A stretch of DNA of 64,000 nt from Candidatus Bathyarchaeota archaeon (GCA_963733055.1 CAVTBR010000001.1:864001-928000), one strand, 5' to 3'. Numbered from the stretch's first letter, positions 10,233 through 20,663 are shown. The notes: generated by a model not told the origin, from the letters alone. Program-made: numbers and translations.

Positions 10233-11378
10233 TCACATAGACTTCGATTCGATTTTCATTCGTCTATCTGCTAGATAGTCTAGGAACTCATCGCGCAGAT
10301 CCTCTTTGAACGCAAGTTCCGGTGGGACCACGCCTTTCTGGAATTCTTCTCCTGATGCTAGCATCTGTGCGGCAATTGAGCATGGGAATGCCGTGGTTCT
10401 GGCCATTGAAGTGGTTCGATGCTTGGTGTCGTAGTGGTCGATCATTTCGTATCGGCGACGTATTTTCGTCCCGCCGTTCTTTCCCGATACGTCAACCCTA
10501 AGGAGTGTGAGATCTTTCTCGTTTCCTAGCCTGAGCCTATCCGATAGTAGAGTTGAGACAAAGTTCCTAGGCGCAATGTTTTGTCCACGAAAAAGGAGGG
10601 GCTTAGTTTCGAGTAAACCGCATTCTATCAGGGTTCTGATCTGTTCGGCGTGCCCGGGCCAGCGGATCGTCTTTTCGTCCATCTCGCGAACTTTCCTCAG
10701 CGTTCGAACAAGTGTCGACAGCCCATCAGTGTAGAAGCATTCACATTTTCCTATTGGTGCACGGAAGGTAATCGTTTCAAGGCCGGACAATGCTTGTGCG
10801 TCTGTGACCTTTCCCCGCCTAATGATTCTGGCTTTGCGCAAATACTCTTCAAGCACGGCTTCAAAAGAGAATACAATTCGATAGTTCAGGGGAGGTTGGG
10901 GTTCTTCCGGGATGCCCCCAACCTTAATGTGGACTTCATCTACTCGCCGCATTCGTTCGGCCGCTGCCATGGCAAGGATATTTGTTAACCCCGGCGCCAA
11001 GCCGCAGGCTGGAATGATCGTTATTCCTTTCTTCTTCGCAGATGAATTTATGTCCCTTTGACCGAACCTCCAGCCAAAAATTAAATCAACAAAATTGACC
11101 CCTGCCTTTATCGTTGCGGAGATAGCGTACTCACTTAACCCGTGGGGTAATGCCCCTACTCCGACATCGAACTTCCGTAACAACCGAGCGCTCTCATTTT
11201 CGTTACGGACGTCGTGGACTTTCGTTGATATTTTCGCGGAATGCTCAGAACGCGCTAAGCCGCGGAGTCTCTTCTTGTCAACGTCACAAACCGTTACCAT
11301 ATCAACGCGTTTTGACGCCGCCAAATCGCGGGCTATCGCCGAACCCATCAATCCGGAGCCGAAAACGACGACCTTCAA
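10233..11378 (-). CDS. Saccharopine dehydrogenase family protein (lysine 6-dehydrogenase-like)
   Basis: Rossmann GSGLMG, CGLAPGLTNI, VGGIP..P.PPLNY, TDGL.TL, KTIRWPGH and SMARTT motifs. Confidence 0.85.
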   Translation of the reverse strand: MKVVVFGSGLMGSAIARDLAASKRVDMVTVCDVDKKRLRGLARSEHSAKISTKVHDVRNENESARLLRKFDVGVGALPHGLSEYAISATIKAGVNFVDLIFGWRFGQRDINSSAKKKGITIIPACGLAPGLTNILAMAAAERMRRVDEVHIKVGGIPEEPQPPLNYRIVFSFEAVLEEYLRKARIIRRGKVTDAQALSGLETITFRAPIGKCECFYTDGLSTLVRTLRKVREMDEKTIRWPGHAEQIRTLIECGLLETKPLLFRGQNIAPRNFVSTLLSDRLRLGNEKDLTLLRVDVSGKNGGTKIRRRYEMIDHYDTKHRTTSMARTTAFPCSIAAQMLASGEEFQKGVVPPELAFKEDLRDEFLDYLADRRMKIESKSM

Positions 11379-11431
11379 GACCTCTCACGACGCTCAAATA
11401 TGGTGGGTCTGTGAATGAGGAGCAGATCGTC

Positions 11432-11878
11432 TTACTGTGCTTCCAGTATCATTTTGATGTGTTTTGGAATGTTGGGTTCATAGGAGACTCGCAGGACCCA
11501 TCGCATAAGGTCTTTCACTGTAACGATGCCGACGATACTGTTGTTCTCAACTATTGGTAAGCGGCGAACCTTGTTCATCAACATAAGCTCGAATGCCTCT
11601 TGAACAGGCATATTCGGCGGTGCGGTGACGATTCCCTTAGTCATGACGTTCTTCACAGGCTCCTTCAGCACCTTCTCACCCTTGATGACTTGTTTTGTTA
11701 TGTCTCGTTCTGTTATGATGCCGACAGGTTTCTTTGCTTCTACCACTACGATTGATCCGATGTCGTGTTGAACCATTTCTTGCGCTGCGGAGATGACACT
11801 CCCGCTTGACTCCATGGTTCTTACCGGGCTGGTCATTACATGTCTAAGCATGTCTTCTTCCCGAAGCTGATTCGACAA
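11432..11878 (-). CDS. CBS domain protein (one CBS pair)
   Basis: IGSIVVV...PVGIITERD and VRRLPIV...VGIVTVKD. Confidence 0.9.
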   Translation of the reverse strand: MSNQLREEDMLRHVMTSPVRTMESSGSVISAAQEMVQHDIGSIVVVEAKKPVGIITERDITKQVIKGEKVLKEPVKNVMTKGIVTAPPNMPVQEAFELMLMNKVRRLPIVENNSIVGIVTVKDLMRWVLRVSYEPNIPKHIKMILEAQ

Positions 11879-11998
11879 ACTAAATCAACCATTTACAGCT
11901 CTCAGAACTTCGTTTAAAAGATCTATTATCGATTACCACGTAATTACCTGGCGGTCTTGATCTTCTCATGCTCTACAGTAAATTGGGCTTCGTTCAAA

Positions 11999-13222
11999 CT
12001 AGTAGGAACACGTTCTGAATTTCCTTGAAACAAAAGTCACTGAGCCTATCACCATGACCGCTCCGCCTGACAATATGTAAGCGAGTCGAATTCCGATGAG
12101 ATCCACAAGGGGCCCTCCAATAGCAAATGCCATCGGTGTTATTGCAAACGAAATTATTTGGTCCAAGCTCATTACGCGTCCGAGTAGCTCATTCGGGACC
12201 GTTGCCTGAAGCATATTGACATAATTCACATTATAGATCGCCAAACACAATCCGAACAGGACGACTAAGGGAAACGCTACGAAAATGCTGGTTTGCGGGC
12301 TCAGGGCGACTATAGCTGCCCCCATCAATATGCTGCTAAGGATAAGCGTCCTCCCGAGATGCTTTCTAAATTTCACCACTCCGACCAATAGTGACCCTGA
12401 TACCGTCCCGACCGTTACGGCGGCCGCTAGGATTCCGTATCCCAACAAATTTGTGGAGAGGGCGTCTTTAGCGTAGACGACAGAGAAGCCGTAGCCTATG
12501 GTGATGAAGAAATTTCCCAATAGCGAGCTGAGCAGAACAATTCTTATCACGAAATTCTTCCAAACGTAGGCGAAACCTTCCGACATATCCGCAAGTACTC
12601 CCCGGACGCCCTTTTGTTTGTCATGTTCGGATTTTGGCGTAGCAATGGTTCCCATAGCGAGAATGGAGATTGCTGAAATTAGGAATGTGAAGCTGTCCAG
12701 AGCGGCGGCACCAATTGTTGTGACGACGTATATGACGACTCCACTTATCCCCTGGCCAATTGTTCGAATCGCTTCGAATGCACCGTTCATTAGTGAATTT
12801 GCACTTGTCAATTGGTCCCTGTCGTGGAAGAGTTGTGGTGTAATTGCGCTTCTTGCTGGAAGGAAGAAGGCTGAGGCTGAGCCTGAAACGAAAACGATGA
12901 GGTATAAGGCTGTAAGTGAGAGCCCGCCGAATTGGTACAGAATGGGGATGAATAGTATGGCTATGCAGCGTATGAGATCGGAACTCATCATTATTCGTCT
13001 TCTGTTCCATCGATCTACGAGCGGTCCCCCGAGTAAGCTGAAGATGAGGTTTGGGACGACAAAAGCGAGGCTCAAGTAGGATACGGCTGTGGCGGTTCCC
13101 TTTGATGTATACACGTACCAGTAGAGCGCTACACCGAGTATAACGTCGCCGAGTAGGCTGATGATCTGTCCTACGAGGAGAGCGCTGAATTTTCGATTGC
13201 CGAGAACTACTGAGTAACCCAC
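11999..13222 (-). CDS. MFS transporter (DHA3/macrolide-efflux-like)
   Basis: About 12 TM helices; GPLVDRWNRRRIMM motif A; LQATVPNELLGRV. Confidence 0.9.
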   Translation of the reverse strand: MGYSVVLGNRKFSALLVGQIISLLGDVILGVALYWYVYTSKGTATAVSYLSLAFVVPNLIFSLLGGPLVDRWNRRRIMMSSDLIRCIAILFIPILYQFGGLSLTALYLIVFVSGSASAFFLPARSAITPQLFHDRDQLTSANSLMNGAFEAIRTIGQGISGVVIYVVTTIGAAALDSFTFLISAISILAMGTIATPKSEHDKQKGVRGVLADMSEGFAYVWKNFVIRIVLLSSLLGNFFITIGYGFSVVYAKDALSTNLLGYGILAAAVTVGTVSGSLLVGVVKFRKHLGRTLILSSILMGAAIVALSPQTSIFVAFPLVVLFGLCLAIYNVNYVNMLQATVPNELLGRVMSLDQIISFAITPMAFAIGGPLVDLIGIRLAYILSGGAVMVIGSVTFVSRKFRTCSY

Positions 13223-13401
13223 AAGCTAGGTTAAGCATTTGGAGATGTATTTAGTGGTAAGCTCTCTATCCTCGGTAGTGTCAACTCTTGCGACTGAGTT
13301 CGGAACATGGTGGTTTTAGGGTCCTGCACGTTTCTGGTTTGCAAAGCTTCTTGTACTGTGAAAGTTAGCTAGTTTTTGTCGAGGCCTACAGGTAGGGATA
13401 A

Positions 13402-14058
13402 ATGATGACCTCTCGTATGCCGTGGCGGCGCTCTAGAGAGATGAGCAAACAGCCTAAAGTCCTCGGCAAATTTGTCGAGGTCTCAAAGGATACGATGAAA
13501 CGAGGTGGCAAGCTGTTCGTCTTCTTCATGGGAGCCGAGTACTGTCCTTATTGCGCCGCTGAGCGGTGGGCCATAGTCAGGAGCCTCCAAAAATTTGGAC
13601 AATGGGACGGGCTTAAACAAACCATCAGCGCCGCAAGAGACGAGCCGTTTCTAAATCTTCCTACCTACGATTTCACGAAGGCTACTTACACAAGCCCTCA
13701 CATTGATTTTGTCGCTCGTGAGGTCAAGGACCGTGAATTCAATCCGCTGCAGAAACTCTTGAAGACCGAAGAAAAACTGCTGCGCAAGTTCAACCCGAAA
13801 AAGGAAATCCCGTTCTTACTGATTGCGGGAAGGTTCACGCAAATCGGTTCGGGTTTCACGCCTAAAATATTCATAGGCCACACGTTTCGGCAGACCGAAA
13901 CTGAACTCAAGAAGGTCGAGTCAGAGATCAGGAAGACAATTGACGACGAGGCCAATATAATATCCGCACTCCTTTGCGTTTCCGGACTACCGCCGGAACT
14001 CTGTAAGGAAGCTGGAACGGCGGAGTTGGTTGCTCAAGTGAACGCTAAACTGACCTGA
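13402..14058 (+). CDS. DUF929-like thioredoxin-fold protein
   Basis: GK..VFFMGAEYCPYCAAERW..V..L.KFG and cis-Pro IPF motifs. Confidence 0.75.
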   Translation: MMTSRMPWRRSREMSKQPKVLGKFVEVSKDTMKRGGKLFVFFMGAEYCPYCAAERWAIVRSLQKFGQWDGLKQTISAARDEPFLNLPTYDFTKATYTSPHIDFVAREVKDREFNPLQKLLKTEEKLLRKFNPKKEIPFLLIAGRFTQIGSGFTPKIFIGHTFRQTETELKKVESEIRKTIDDEANIISALLCVSGLPPELCKEAGTAELVAQVNAKLT

Positions 14059-14130
14059 GAATTCAAGTCGTCAATTAACCTCTTAAGAACCGATCTCCAA
14101 ACATCATTGTCAACAGGATAGGGAACATAA

Positions 14131-15588
14131 TTGACCGCACAAGTTCAGTCATATGATTACTTTGTTAACGGCAAATGGGCTTCCGGATCTTCAATTGAAA
14201 GGTTCGAGTTGAGGAATCCGGCGACCGACGAAGTTATCGGTCGAATTCCAAGAGCGGGTAAGGAAGATGTCAACGAGGCGGTCGAGGTCGCGCGTAAGGC
14301 TTTCGAAGGTTCGGCATGGCATGAAATGGAACAGACGAAGCGCGGCAAGATTCTCATGCAAATCGCGTCCCTGATGCGCCAAAACTTCGAAGATATAGCT
14401 AAACTTGAAACCCTCAACCAAGGCAAACCCATTCGGGAGTCGAAGGGTGATGTCGCGTGGGCTATTCGGGCATTCGAGTATTGGGGTGGGGTTGCAGACA
14501 AGATACAGGGAGAAACAATACCTGTTACTCCCAACCGGCTAACATACACCCTCAAGGAGCCACTAGGGGTAACAGCGCACATCATACCGTGGAATTATCC
14601 GCTAGCGCTCGCAATCAGAAGTTTGGCCCCCGCCTTAGCTGCGGGCAATGCGGTAGTCGCGAAACCAGCAGAACTAACACCGCTTACTCTCCTCCGGGTT
14701 GCTGAGTATGCTCAGAAATCTGGGTTGCCGGATGGGGTCATGAATGTCATCAGTGGCTCTGGGGCTGTGGCGGGACGAGCGTTAGTCTCACACTCTGACA
14801 TTGACGGCATAACATTCACGGGCTCAACTGAGACTGGACGGCAAATAATGGAAACCGCCGCGAAAAACATTACACCTGTTCTCTTAGAGTTGGGGGGAAA
14901 GAACCCCAACATCGTATTTCCTGACGCCGATTTCCAACGAGCGGTGCAAATGGCAAAGTATGCCATCTTCACGAATGCCGGGCAAATGTGCTGGGCAGGA
15001 TCCAGGCTCTTCATCCACACAGAAATATACGATAAGTTCCTGGCCGAATTGAAAAAACAGTCCGAACAGATTAAGATTGGACCCGGGCTCGATGAAAAGA
15101 CAGAGCTCGGCCCAATGGTCTCCAAAGATCAGCAGGAACGAGTAATGGCGTACATTAGGTCGGGTATCGAGGACGGCGCGCGGCTACTAACCGGCGGCCA
15201 AATTCCCGATGAAACCGCGCTTCGCAAGGGCTTCTTCTTGAAACCAACAATCTTCACCGACGTAAAGGCGACTATGAAGATTGGATGCGAGGAAATCTTT
15301 GGACCAGTTCTAACAGTATTCAAATTCTCGTCGGCTGAGGAAGTTCTCAGGATGGCGAATGAAACCCAGTTTGGGTTGTACGCGGGGGTCTGGACGAATA
15401 ATCTCAAAGTTGCAAACCAATTGGTTAGCCAACTTCAGGCGGGTGTTGTGGCCGTAAACGATTACCTAGTCGCATATCCACAGACTCCGTTCGGTGGGTA
15501 CAAGGATAGCGGGATCGGGTACGAGAGTGGTTTGCAGGCAATAAGTCACTACACGCGAATAAAGAGTGTAACAGTTAACGTATCTTGA
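14131..15588 (+). CDS. Aldehyde dehydrogenase
   Basis: PWNYP, FTGSTETG, ELGGKNP, catalytic GQMC, EEIFGPV and PFGGYKDSG. Confidence 0.96.
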   Translation: MTAQVQSYDYFVNGKWASGSSIERFELRNPATDEVIGRIPRAGKEDVNEAVEVARKAFEGSAWHEMEQTKRGKILMQIASLMRQNFEDIAKLETLNQGKPIRESKGDVAWAIRAFEYWGGVADKIQGETIPVTPNRLTYTLKEPLGVTAHIIPWNYPLALAIRSLAPALAAGNAVVAKPAELTPLTLLRVAEYAQKSGLPDGVMNVISGSGAVAGRALVSHSDIDGITFTGSTETGRQIMETAAKNITPVLLELGGKNPNIVFPDADFQRAVQMAKYAIFTNAGQMCWAGSRLFIHTEIYDKFLAELKKQSEQIKIGPGLDEKTELGPMVSKDQQERVMAYIRSGIEDGARLLTGGQIPDETALRKGFFLKPTIFTDVKATMKIGCEEIFGPVLTVFKFSSAEEVLRMANETQFGLYAGVWTNNLKVANQLVSQLQAGVVAVNDYLVAYPQTPFGGYKDSGIGYESGLQAISHYTRIKSVTVNVS

Positions 15589-15634
15589 CCGAAGTACTCT
15601 TTCTGAAGTATACGGTTAAGAACAATTGTGTCCG

Positions 15635-16843
15635 TTATGCTTCCGGGGCGGGAGCGATCTGAATCAGTTCGTTTCTACGTTGCTCTAGGAATCCATCTCG
15701 CAAGCCGCGCCTTATGTAGTATGCATTTCGTTCGCGTTTTTTCTTGTTGCACAGCTTGACCACGAACGGGAGCCCGGGCTTGGAGGTCTCTATGGGGGCA
15801 GCTTCAATTGCCCTCGACTTAACGGCGCTATCGAATAGTTTCTGTCCCAGTTCGGATCGAACGATTACAGTGGTCCATCCGTCTGGAGAACCAACGGCGC
15901 CTATGGAAATGTCGGCAAGCTCGGCGACATAGTCGATGCAGTACTTGCATGGGTGACTCATGTAAGGCTCAAGCTCTTTCGTCGCAACATCGAGCACGCA
16001 GTCGGCGCCGGCGTAGACTTTGAAGCGGTTGCGCTTAATGACAGTCCGCGTAATCTTCGTTGGGTCGATCCCATGTTTCTTCTGAATGAATTCAGTCACC
16101 AATTGGTCATGAGTGTAGACTTTGGAGCAGAATAGGCCGATTGTAAGAACAGGGCGACCGCCTCTTATCCACGACCCTCCGAATTTGACTGTGGCTTGAA
16201 GTGAAGTGTACATACGCCAAAGTCCCTGCAGCTCACAGGGAAGGGCCACTAAGCCAACCCGGCCATCCGGGTAGGAAGCTGCTGCGTCAGAAAGTACTCC
16301 GAGAACTCCACCATGAGTATACTTTGATCCAGCCGTGCGAATTACGTCAGCCGCCGTGTCCCCTAAAACGGGGACCGTCTTCAGAGTCATTCCGCTTCCG
16401 AGAACGAATACTGAATTGGATTTTGTGAAGTCTGAAGTGGCAAAACAATTGATCAACCCTATTTGGAGGGCATGCGTCATAAGCGCTATCGTGGTTCCGC
16501 CGTCTTGACCCGCATGCCATATCTCCTCTTCCAAGGCTCTTGCGGAGTAGACGTTCTTGTAAATCCCTAACGCTTCCTCCTCGGGTTTTCGAGTTCTTCC
16601 AAACAAGTAATATTCGATTTCATCTATCGGTAACTCGAGCCGGGGGCAGCTATAATAGCATACTTGGCATGCGGCGCACGGTCCCTTAATGACCGGCTCC
16701 TCATTCACGTTCACGTTTAGCACGTTAATCGGGCATGAAGCAACGCAGGCGGCGCACATCATACAGTGGTTGGCGCGAACTACCTCGTTGAATAGATGAC
16801 CCCAAATCTTGGCGCTTTTGGGAGGGGACCAACCATCCGGCAT
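15635..16843 (-). CDS. Coenzyme F420 hydrogenase/dehydrogenase beta subunit (FrhB/FpoF-like) with N-terminal ferredoxin domain
   Basis: CMMCAACVASCP and CAACQVCYYSCP clusters, QDGG, AGSKY, LPC, IGLFC, CKYC.D..AELADISIG.VGSPDGW. Confidence 0.88.
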   Translation of the reverse strand: MPDGWSPPKSAKIWGHLFNEVVRANHCMMCAACVASCPINVLNVNVNEEPVIKGPCAACQVCYYSCPRLELPIDEIEYYLFGRTRKPEEEALGIYKNVYSARALEEEIWHAGQDGGTTIALMTHALQIGLINCFATSDFTKSNSVFVLGSGMTLKTVPVLGDTAADVIRTAGSKYTHGGVLGVLSDAAASYPDGRVGLVALPCELQGLWRMYTSLQATVKFGGSWIRGGRPVLTIGLFCSKVYTHDQLVTEFIQKKHGIDPTKITRTVIKRNRFKVYAGADCVLDVATKELEPYMSHPCKYCIDYVAELADISIGAVGSPDGWTTVIVRSELGQKLFDSAVKSRAIEAAPIETSKPGLPFVVKLCNKKKRERNAYYIRRGLRDGFLEQRRNELIQIAPAPEA

Positions 16844-16928
16844 TTTCTATGCACAGCCTAACAGGTACGATCGTAGAACGAATACGATGATATTTGAACA
16901 CTCCCCTCTGCTATCGTGGCACCTCAGT

Positions 16929-17177
16929 CTATTTGCCGCGCCTTGACCAGTAATTCGATAGAAGCAAGATTGTTAGCAACGCGAGAACCATGAATCCTAA
17001 CATATAACCGGCCATGAGAAGGGCAGAAACCATTAGGAAAAGAACTACACCTAATGTCTCGCCGAAACTCATCGTAGCTAAGAAAGTAAAGATTCCAAAG
17101 AGGGATCCAGCGATTGCTGCTAAAACAAGTACAACGACTAGAAGTTGCTTCTTGAACACGATGCCGTATGCATCCAA
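16929..17177 (-). CDS. Small membrane protein
   Basis: 82 aa, mostly hydrophobic, with a basic C-terminus. Confidence 0.6.
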   Translation of the reverse strand: MDAYGIVFKKQLLVVVLVLAAIAGSLFGIFTFLATMSFGETLGVVLFLMVSALLMAGYMLGFMVLALLTILLLSNYWSRRGK

Positions 17178-17298
17178 CAGAGGTTCACCGAATCTCTTTT
17201 CTTCAGTCGGATAAGTCTATGCTGAAAAACCTCGCTTCTAGCAATCCTCAATCCGGCGAGAGAACCATGCTCACGTGGCCTCTAATGCACTATCCATG

Positions 17299-17775
17299 CT
17301 AAGCCTTTGCAATTGTTGCTGCCGTACCGCGCGCCAGTTTCTCTCCGGGGGATCCTTTCCAGCCGCGCATAGTTATCCACAGGTTGTAGACATGCAAGTA
17401 AAGGGCACATACTAAGATCAGTAGGAATCCAACATAGGCGAATTCTATGTTAGGGTTGTAAGGGATCAGACCCGAGAATATCCCGGTCATTCCAACCACT
17501 CCAACGTTCATGAACCAGAACTGTATTCTCGCAAGGCGGATGCTGTAAAGGAAAGCATGGGCGAATGATGGAACAAAGAGGTAAGAGAGGCCGAAGATCA
17601 TCATCGCAACAAAACCATAGAGCTGCATAAAGTAAAATGCCATCAGGTTGAACGGTAGCAGATGTGAAAAAACCAAGAGGAGGAGTGTTCCTCCAACGGC
17701 AAGGTACGCAAGACTCGCTTTCACATATTTCAAGCTCAACTGCATAACGACAGATGCTACGGGGCCTTGCGACAA
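17299..17775 (-). CDS. 4-TM membrane protein resembling part of heme-copper oxidase subunit I/NnrS-like proteins
   Basis: LYGFVAMMIFGLSY.FVP......LYS.RLA.IQFW..NVG pattern. Confidence 0.6.
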   Translation of the reverse strand: MSQGPVASVVMQLSLKYVKASLAYLAVGGTLLLLVFSHLLPFNLMAFYFMQLYGFVAMMIFGLSYLFVPSFAHAFLYSIRLARIQFWFMNVGVVGMTGIFSGLIPYNPNIEFAYVGFLLILVCALYLHVYNLWITMRGWKGSPGEKLARGTAATIAKA

Positions 17776-17884
17776 CTCAAATCATCTGATCGTCGAGACA
17801 GCTATCTTTCCAATAATAGTATCTCTGAAATGGGCGGGCGCGAGCCCGGTGAAATCTGCAGAACGGTGGACTCGATACTCAGTC

Positions 17885-18475
17885 CTAGGTTGATACTCCA
17901 GCGAGTTGTTTAGCTCGTTTTAGGACCGCTTCGTAGAGGATTCTGAACCTCCCGTCTGCAAGGGATCTTTCTAGGTCTTGGAAGTTTGTAAGATTGATTC
18001 CATAGACGCCTTCGTATTCGTCATTCATGAGGCCGCTGTCGATTGGATGTCGATCAAGCATTGCGTATAGTGACGCTTTGTGTAGGATAGTGACGAACAC
18101 GCTCGCTAGTGAACCGTTTTCTAGCAGGTTCTGGCGTTGGCCCAGGTATGGGCATTTCTGGAAATCCTTCGTATTACAGAATTGGTCTGTGCGACCGAAC
18201 AGTCTTGAGTAGACCTGTGCGACTGTGTTGAGAAATTGTGTCTCCGGAAAGAGGGTTTGAAGCGCGGTCTGAGTGGAGTTGTTGAAGCGTTCCTTCGTCT
18301 GTTGCAGGTTTATCTGTGCTTTTCTTGCCTCAGAAGCCCAATGATCTTTGGACCAAAGTAGGCACGACCATTCGCACTTTTGGTCAGCTTCTGAATCCAG
18401 CTGGAGTTGCTTGATGAAATCGGCGGCGTACCCCTGGGGATTAAGGGTTTCAGAATTAGTCTGCAGAGGTTTCAT
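17885..18475 (-). CDS. Hypothetical protein
   Basis: 196 aa ORF codirectional with its neighbours; no recognised family. Confidence 0.6.
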   Translation of the reverse strand: MKPLQTNSETLNPQGYAADFIKQLQLDSEADQKCEWSCLLWSKDHWASEARKAQINLQQTKERFNNSTQTALQTLFPETQFLNTVAQVYSRLFGRTDQFCNTKDFQKCPYLGQRQNLLENGSLASVFVTILHKASLYAMLDRHPIDSGLMNDEYEGVYGINLTNFQDLERSLADGRFRILYEAVLKRAKQLAGVST

Positions 18476-18541
18476 GTTAATCGAGGCATTATTTTCCGTA
18501 AGTTATGGGTTTCTTGCGGTTCTTCTATTTGATTTTCAATT

Positions 18542-19585
18542 TCAATTATGGAGTGTGCCTATGACTTCACTTAATGAATCCAGCTTGGATTCTGTGAGAA
18601 GGTGGAGGATTTGTCGGTTGATTCTTGACACTATTCCAGGGCCATGATAAACCAACGCGGTGTAAAGTTGTATGGAGGAGGCACCTGCTTCGAAGGCTTT
18701 CCAGGCGTCGAGGCCTGATGATATGCCACCGCACGCATTTATTGGGATTTTACCGTCGGTGTAGTCATAGATGTCCGCTACGATTCGGAGCGTATCGTTG
18801 AATATTGGTGGTCCGCTCAGACCTCCAGTCCCAATGCTCGCACGGGGTTCGTTGACGAGTTTGGTATTTGTTGCGGTCAAGCCAGTGACGCCTGTCTTTG
18901 CGCAAACGTCGATTAGCTTATGGACCTTCTCACGTCCCTCGTCTTCAAAGTAAGGTGGAATCTTCACCCAGATTGGTTTGTTCGACGTCCTTGTTTCGCT
19001 CATTGTTCGTAGAAGCGTGGCGAGCATGTCCGGGTCCTGGAAAACCCTTACCCCCACAGTATTGGGTGTGCTTACGTTTAACTCGATTCCGTCAGCCGAT
19101 GGTTCCATCAGGCGGTAACATTCAACGAATTCCTCTATGTTAAGCCCAGAAACACTCACGACGATGGGGTCCATATTGGACGGCCTTTGAATGATATTTG
19201 TGGCGTTCTCTCGGGCTCCTCTGTTTGGTAGTCCCATTGAGTTGACTAGTGATTGTTCCGGGTAGCGCCACATTCGAGGCTTCGGATTGCCCTCGTGCGG
19301 GTTCAATGTTACAGTGCCCAAAGTCAGATATCCAAACCCTATCCTGAAGAGTGAATTCCACATCTCGCAGTTCTTATCGAATCCTGCAGCGAGTCCAACT
19401 GGGTTTTGCAGTACAAGGTTTCCCACTTTAACGTGGAGTCTTTCATCTGTAACACGCAGTTGCCTGCTCAGCAGACGCCAGAGAGTTGTGCGCTTGAAGA
19501 ACCATTTAGCAATCTCGTGTGCAGTCTCAGGTGGCGCGAGAAACATTGCCGGGCGAACCGTAGTTTCGTAAAGGTTCGGGGTCAA
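18542..19585 (-). CDS. pyrD: Dihydroorotate dehydrogenase, class 2 (quinone)-like
   Basis: PETAH, NPVGLAAGFDKN, GNPKPR, NSMGLPN, KIPP, NT, GGLSG, GGI and QLYTALVY.GP motifs. Confidence 0.92.
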   Translation of the reverse strand: MTPNLYETTVRPAMFLAPPETAHEIAKWFFKRTTLWRLLSRQLRVTDERLHVKVGNLVLQNPVGLAAGFDKNCEMWNSLFRIGFGYLTLGTVTLNPHEGNPKPRMWRYPEQSLVNSMGLPNRGARENATNIIQRPSNMDPIVVSVSGLNIEEFVECYRLMEPSADGIELNVSTPNTVGVRVFQDPDMLATLLRTMSETRTSNKPIWVKIPPYFEDEGREKVHKLIDVCAKTGVTGLTATNTKLVNEPRASIGTGGLSGPPIFNDTLRIVADIYDYTDGKIPINACGGISSGLDAWKAFEAGASSIQLYTALVYHGPGIVSRINRQILHLLTESKLDSLSEVIGTLHN

Positions 19586-19810
19586 GCCAGATTACTCACT
19601 TACAGTTCGCGGCCGCTAACACAACGCTCGATATAACAGGTGTCAAAACCCATGGCCACTTTAAACTCGGATTCAATCGCCATTCTTGGCCTCTCGCTCG
19701 TGTTGTGTACGTCCGATAACCCACATGCGGTTTCCCTACTTCTGTTCTCATTGTTGGTAATTGTTAACTCGTCTATTATACGTCCGAGGGCATTTCTTTG
19801 CCAGGTCTCC

Positions 19811-20347
19811 ATGAAAAGTGCCGAAAGCGCGCTTCTTTCAGAGATCATGACAACTAACATCGTCACGATGGACATTACTGAACGCGTGGAAGAAGCTCTC
19901 CGGCTAATGGTCAAGTTCGATATCGGAAGCGTAGTGGTGACTGACAAACAGAGCCCCGTTGGTATAATTACTGAACGGGACGTAACCCGGGCCGCTTTGA
20001 GGGGAGATAGTTTACTTAAGTTACCTGCTCGGAGTCTCATGTCTCGGCCTCTGCAAACCGGTACTCCGGACATGGAGATATGGCGAAGCTTCGAGACAAT
20101 GTTGCGATTAGGCGTCAGGCGTCTTCCGATAATGAAAGATGGAAAGTTGGTTGGCATAGTAACTGAGAAGGATCTGACGAGGTGGGTGCTTCGAGTATTT
20201 TATGAACCGAAGCTGCCCGATGAGATTCGTACTCTCGTCAAGAACCAAAAGATCGAAGCCCTAACAGGTAGACCACGTTGTCCAAGTTGCGGCCGTTACC
20301 AAGACGAGTGTATTTGCGTGCGGACTCAGTTGGCAAGTGAAGAGTAG
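19811..20347 (+). CDS. CBS pair protein with C-terminal Cys motif (CPSC...CIC)
   Basis: PVGIITERD, VRRLP and GIVTEKD; start re-placed at ATG 19811. Confidence 0.85.
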   Translation: MKSAESALLSEIMTTNIVTMDITERVEEALRLMVKFDIGSVVVTDKQSPVGIITERDVTRAALRGDSLLKLPARSLMSRPLQTGTPDMEIWRSFETMLRLGVRRLPIMKDGKLVGIVTEKDLTRWVLRVFYEPKLPDEIRTLVKNQKIEALTGRPRCPSCGRYQDECICVRTQLASEE

Positions 20348-20360
20348 GGCATTTGCGTTT

Positions 20361-20663
20361 TCATTTGACGGCGTAAATCGAATATATTATCACGGCGAAA
20401 CCGAGAACCATCACGGTTGTTCCAGTAGCCATTGCGTTCAACAATTCTGAGCCGAGTAGCACGTAGAGTATTCCTTCAATAATAGTGCCAGCTGTTATTA
20501 GTGCAAACCCAAGCGCTACGTAAAGTAGTGGCTTGCTGGAGTTTCTCTTGTATCCTTTGTATGCTAGGTAGACGATGAATGCCCCAAGAATGAGGGCTAC
20601 GATTTTAGTAAGTGTGGTTACCCAGAAGATCTGAGAAAATTCTACCACGACCGTCCACTTCAC
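20361..20663 (-). CDS. Small 3-TM membrane protein, partner of the adjacent wHTH regulator
   Basis: LAYKGYKR..S.PLLY.ALGF pattern; abuts the upstream HTH gene. Confidence 0.75.
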   Translation of the reverse strand: MKWTVVVEFSQIFWVTTLTKIVALILGAFIVYLAYKGYKRNSSKPLLYVALGFALITAGTIIEGILYVLLGSELLNAMATGTTVMVLGFAVIIYSIYAVK

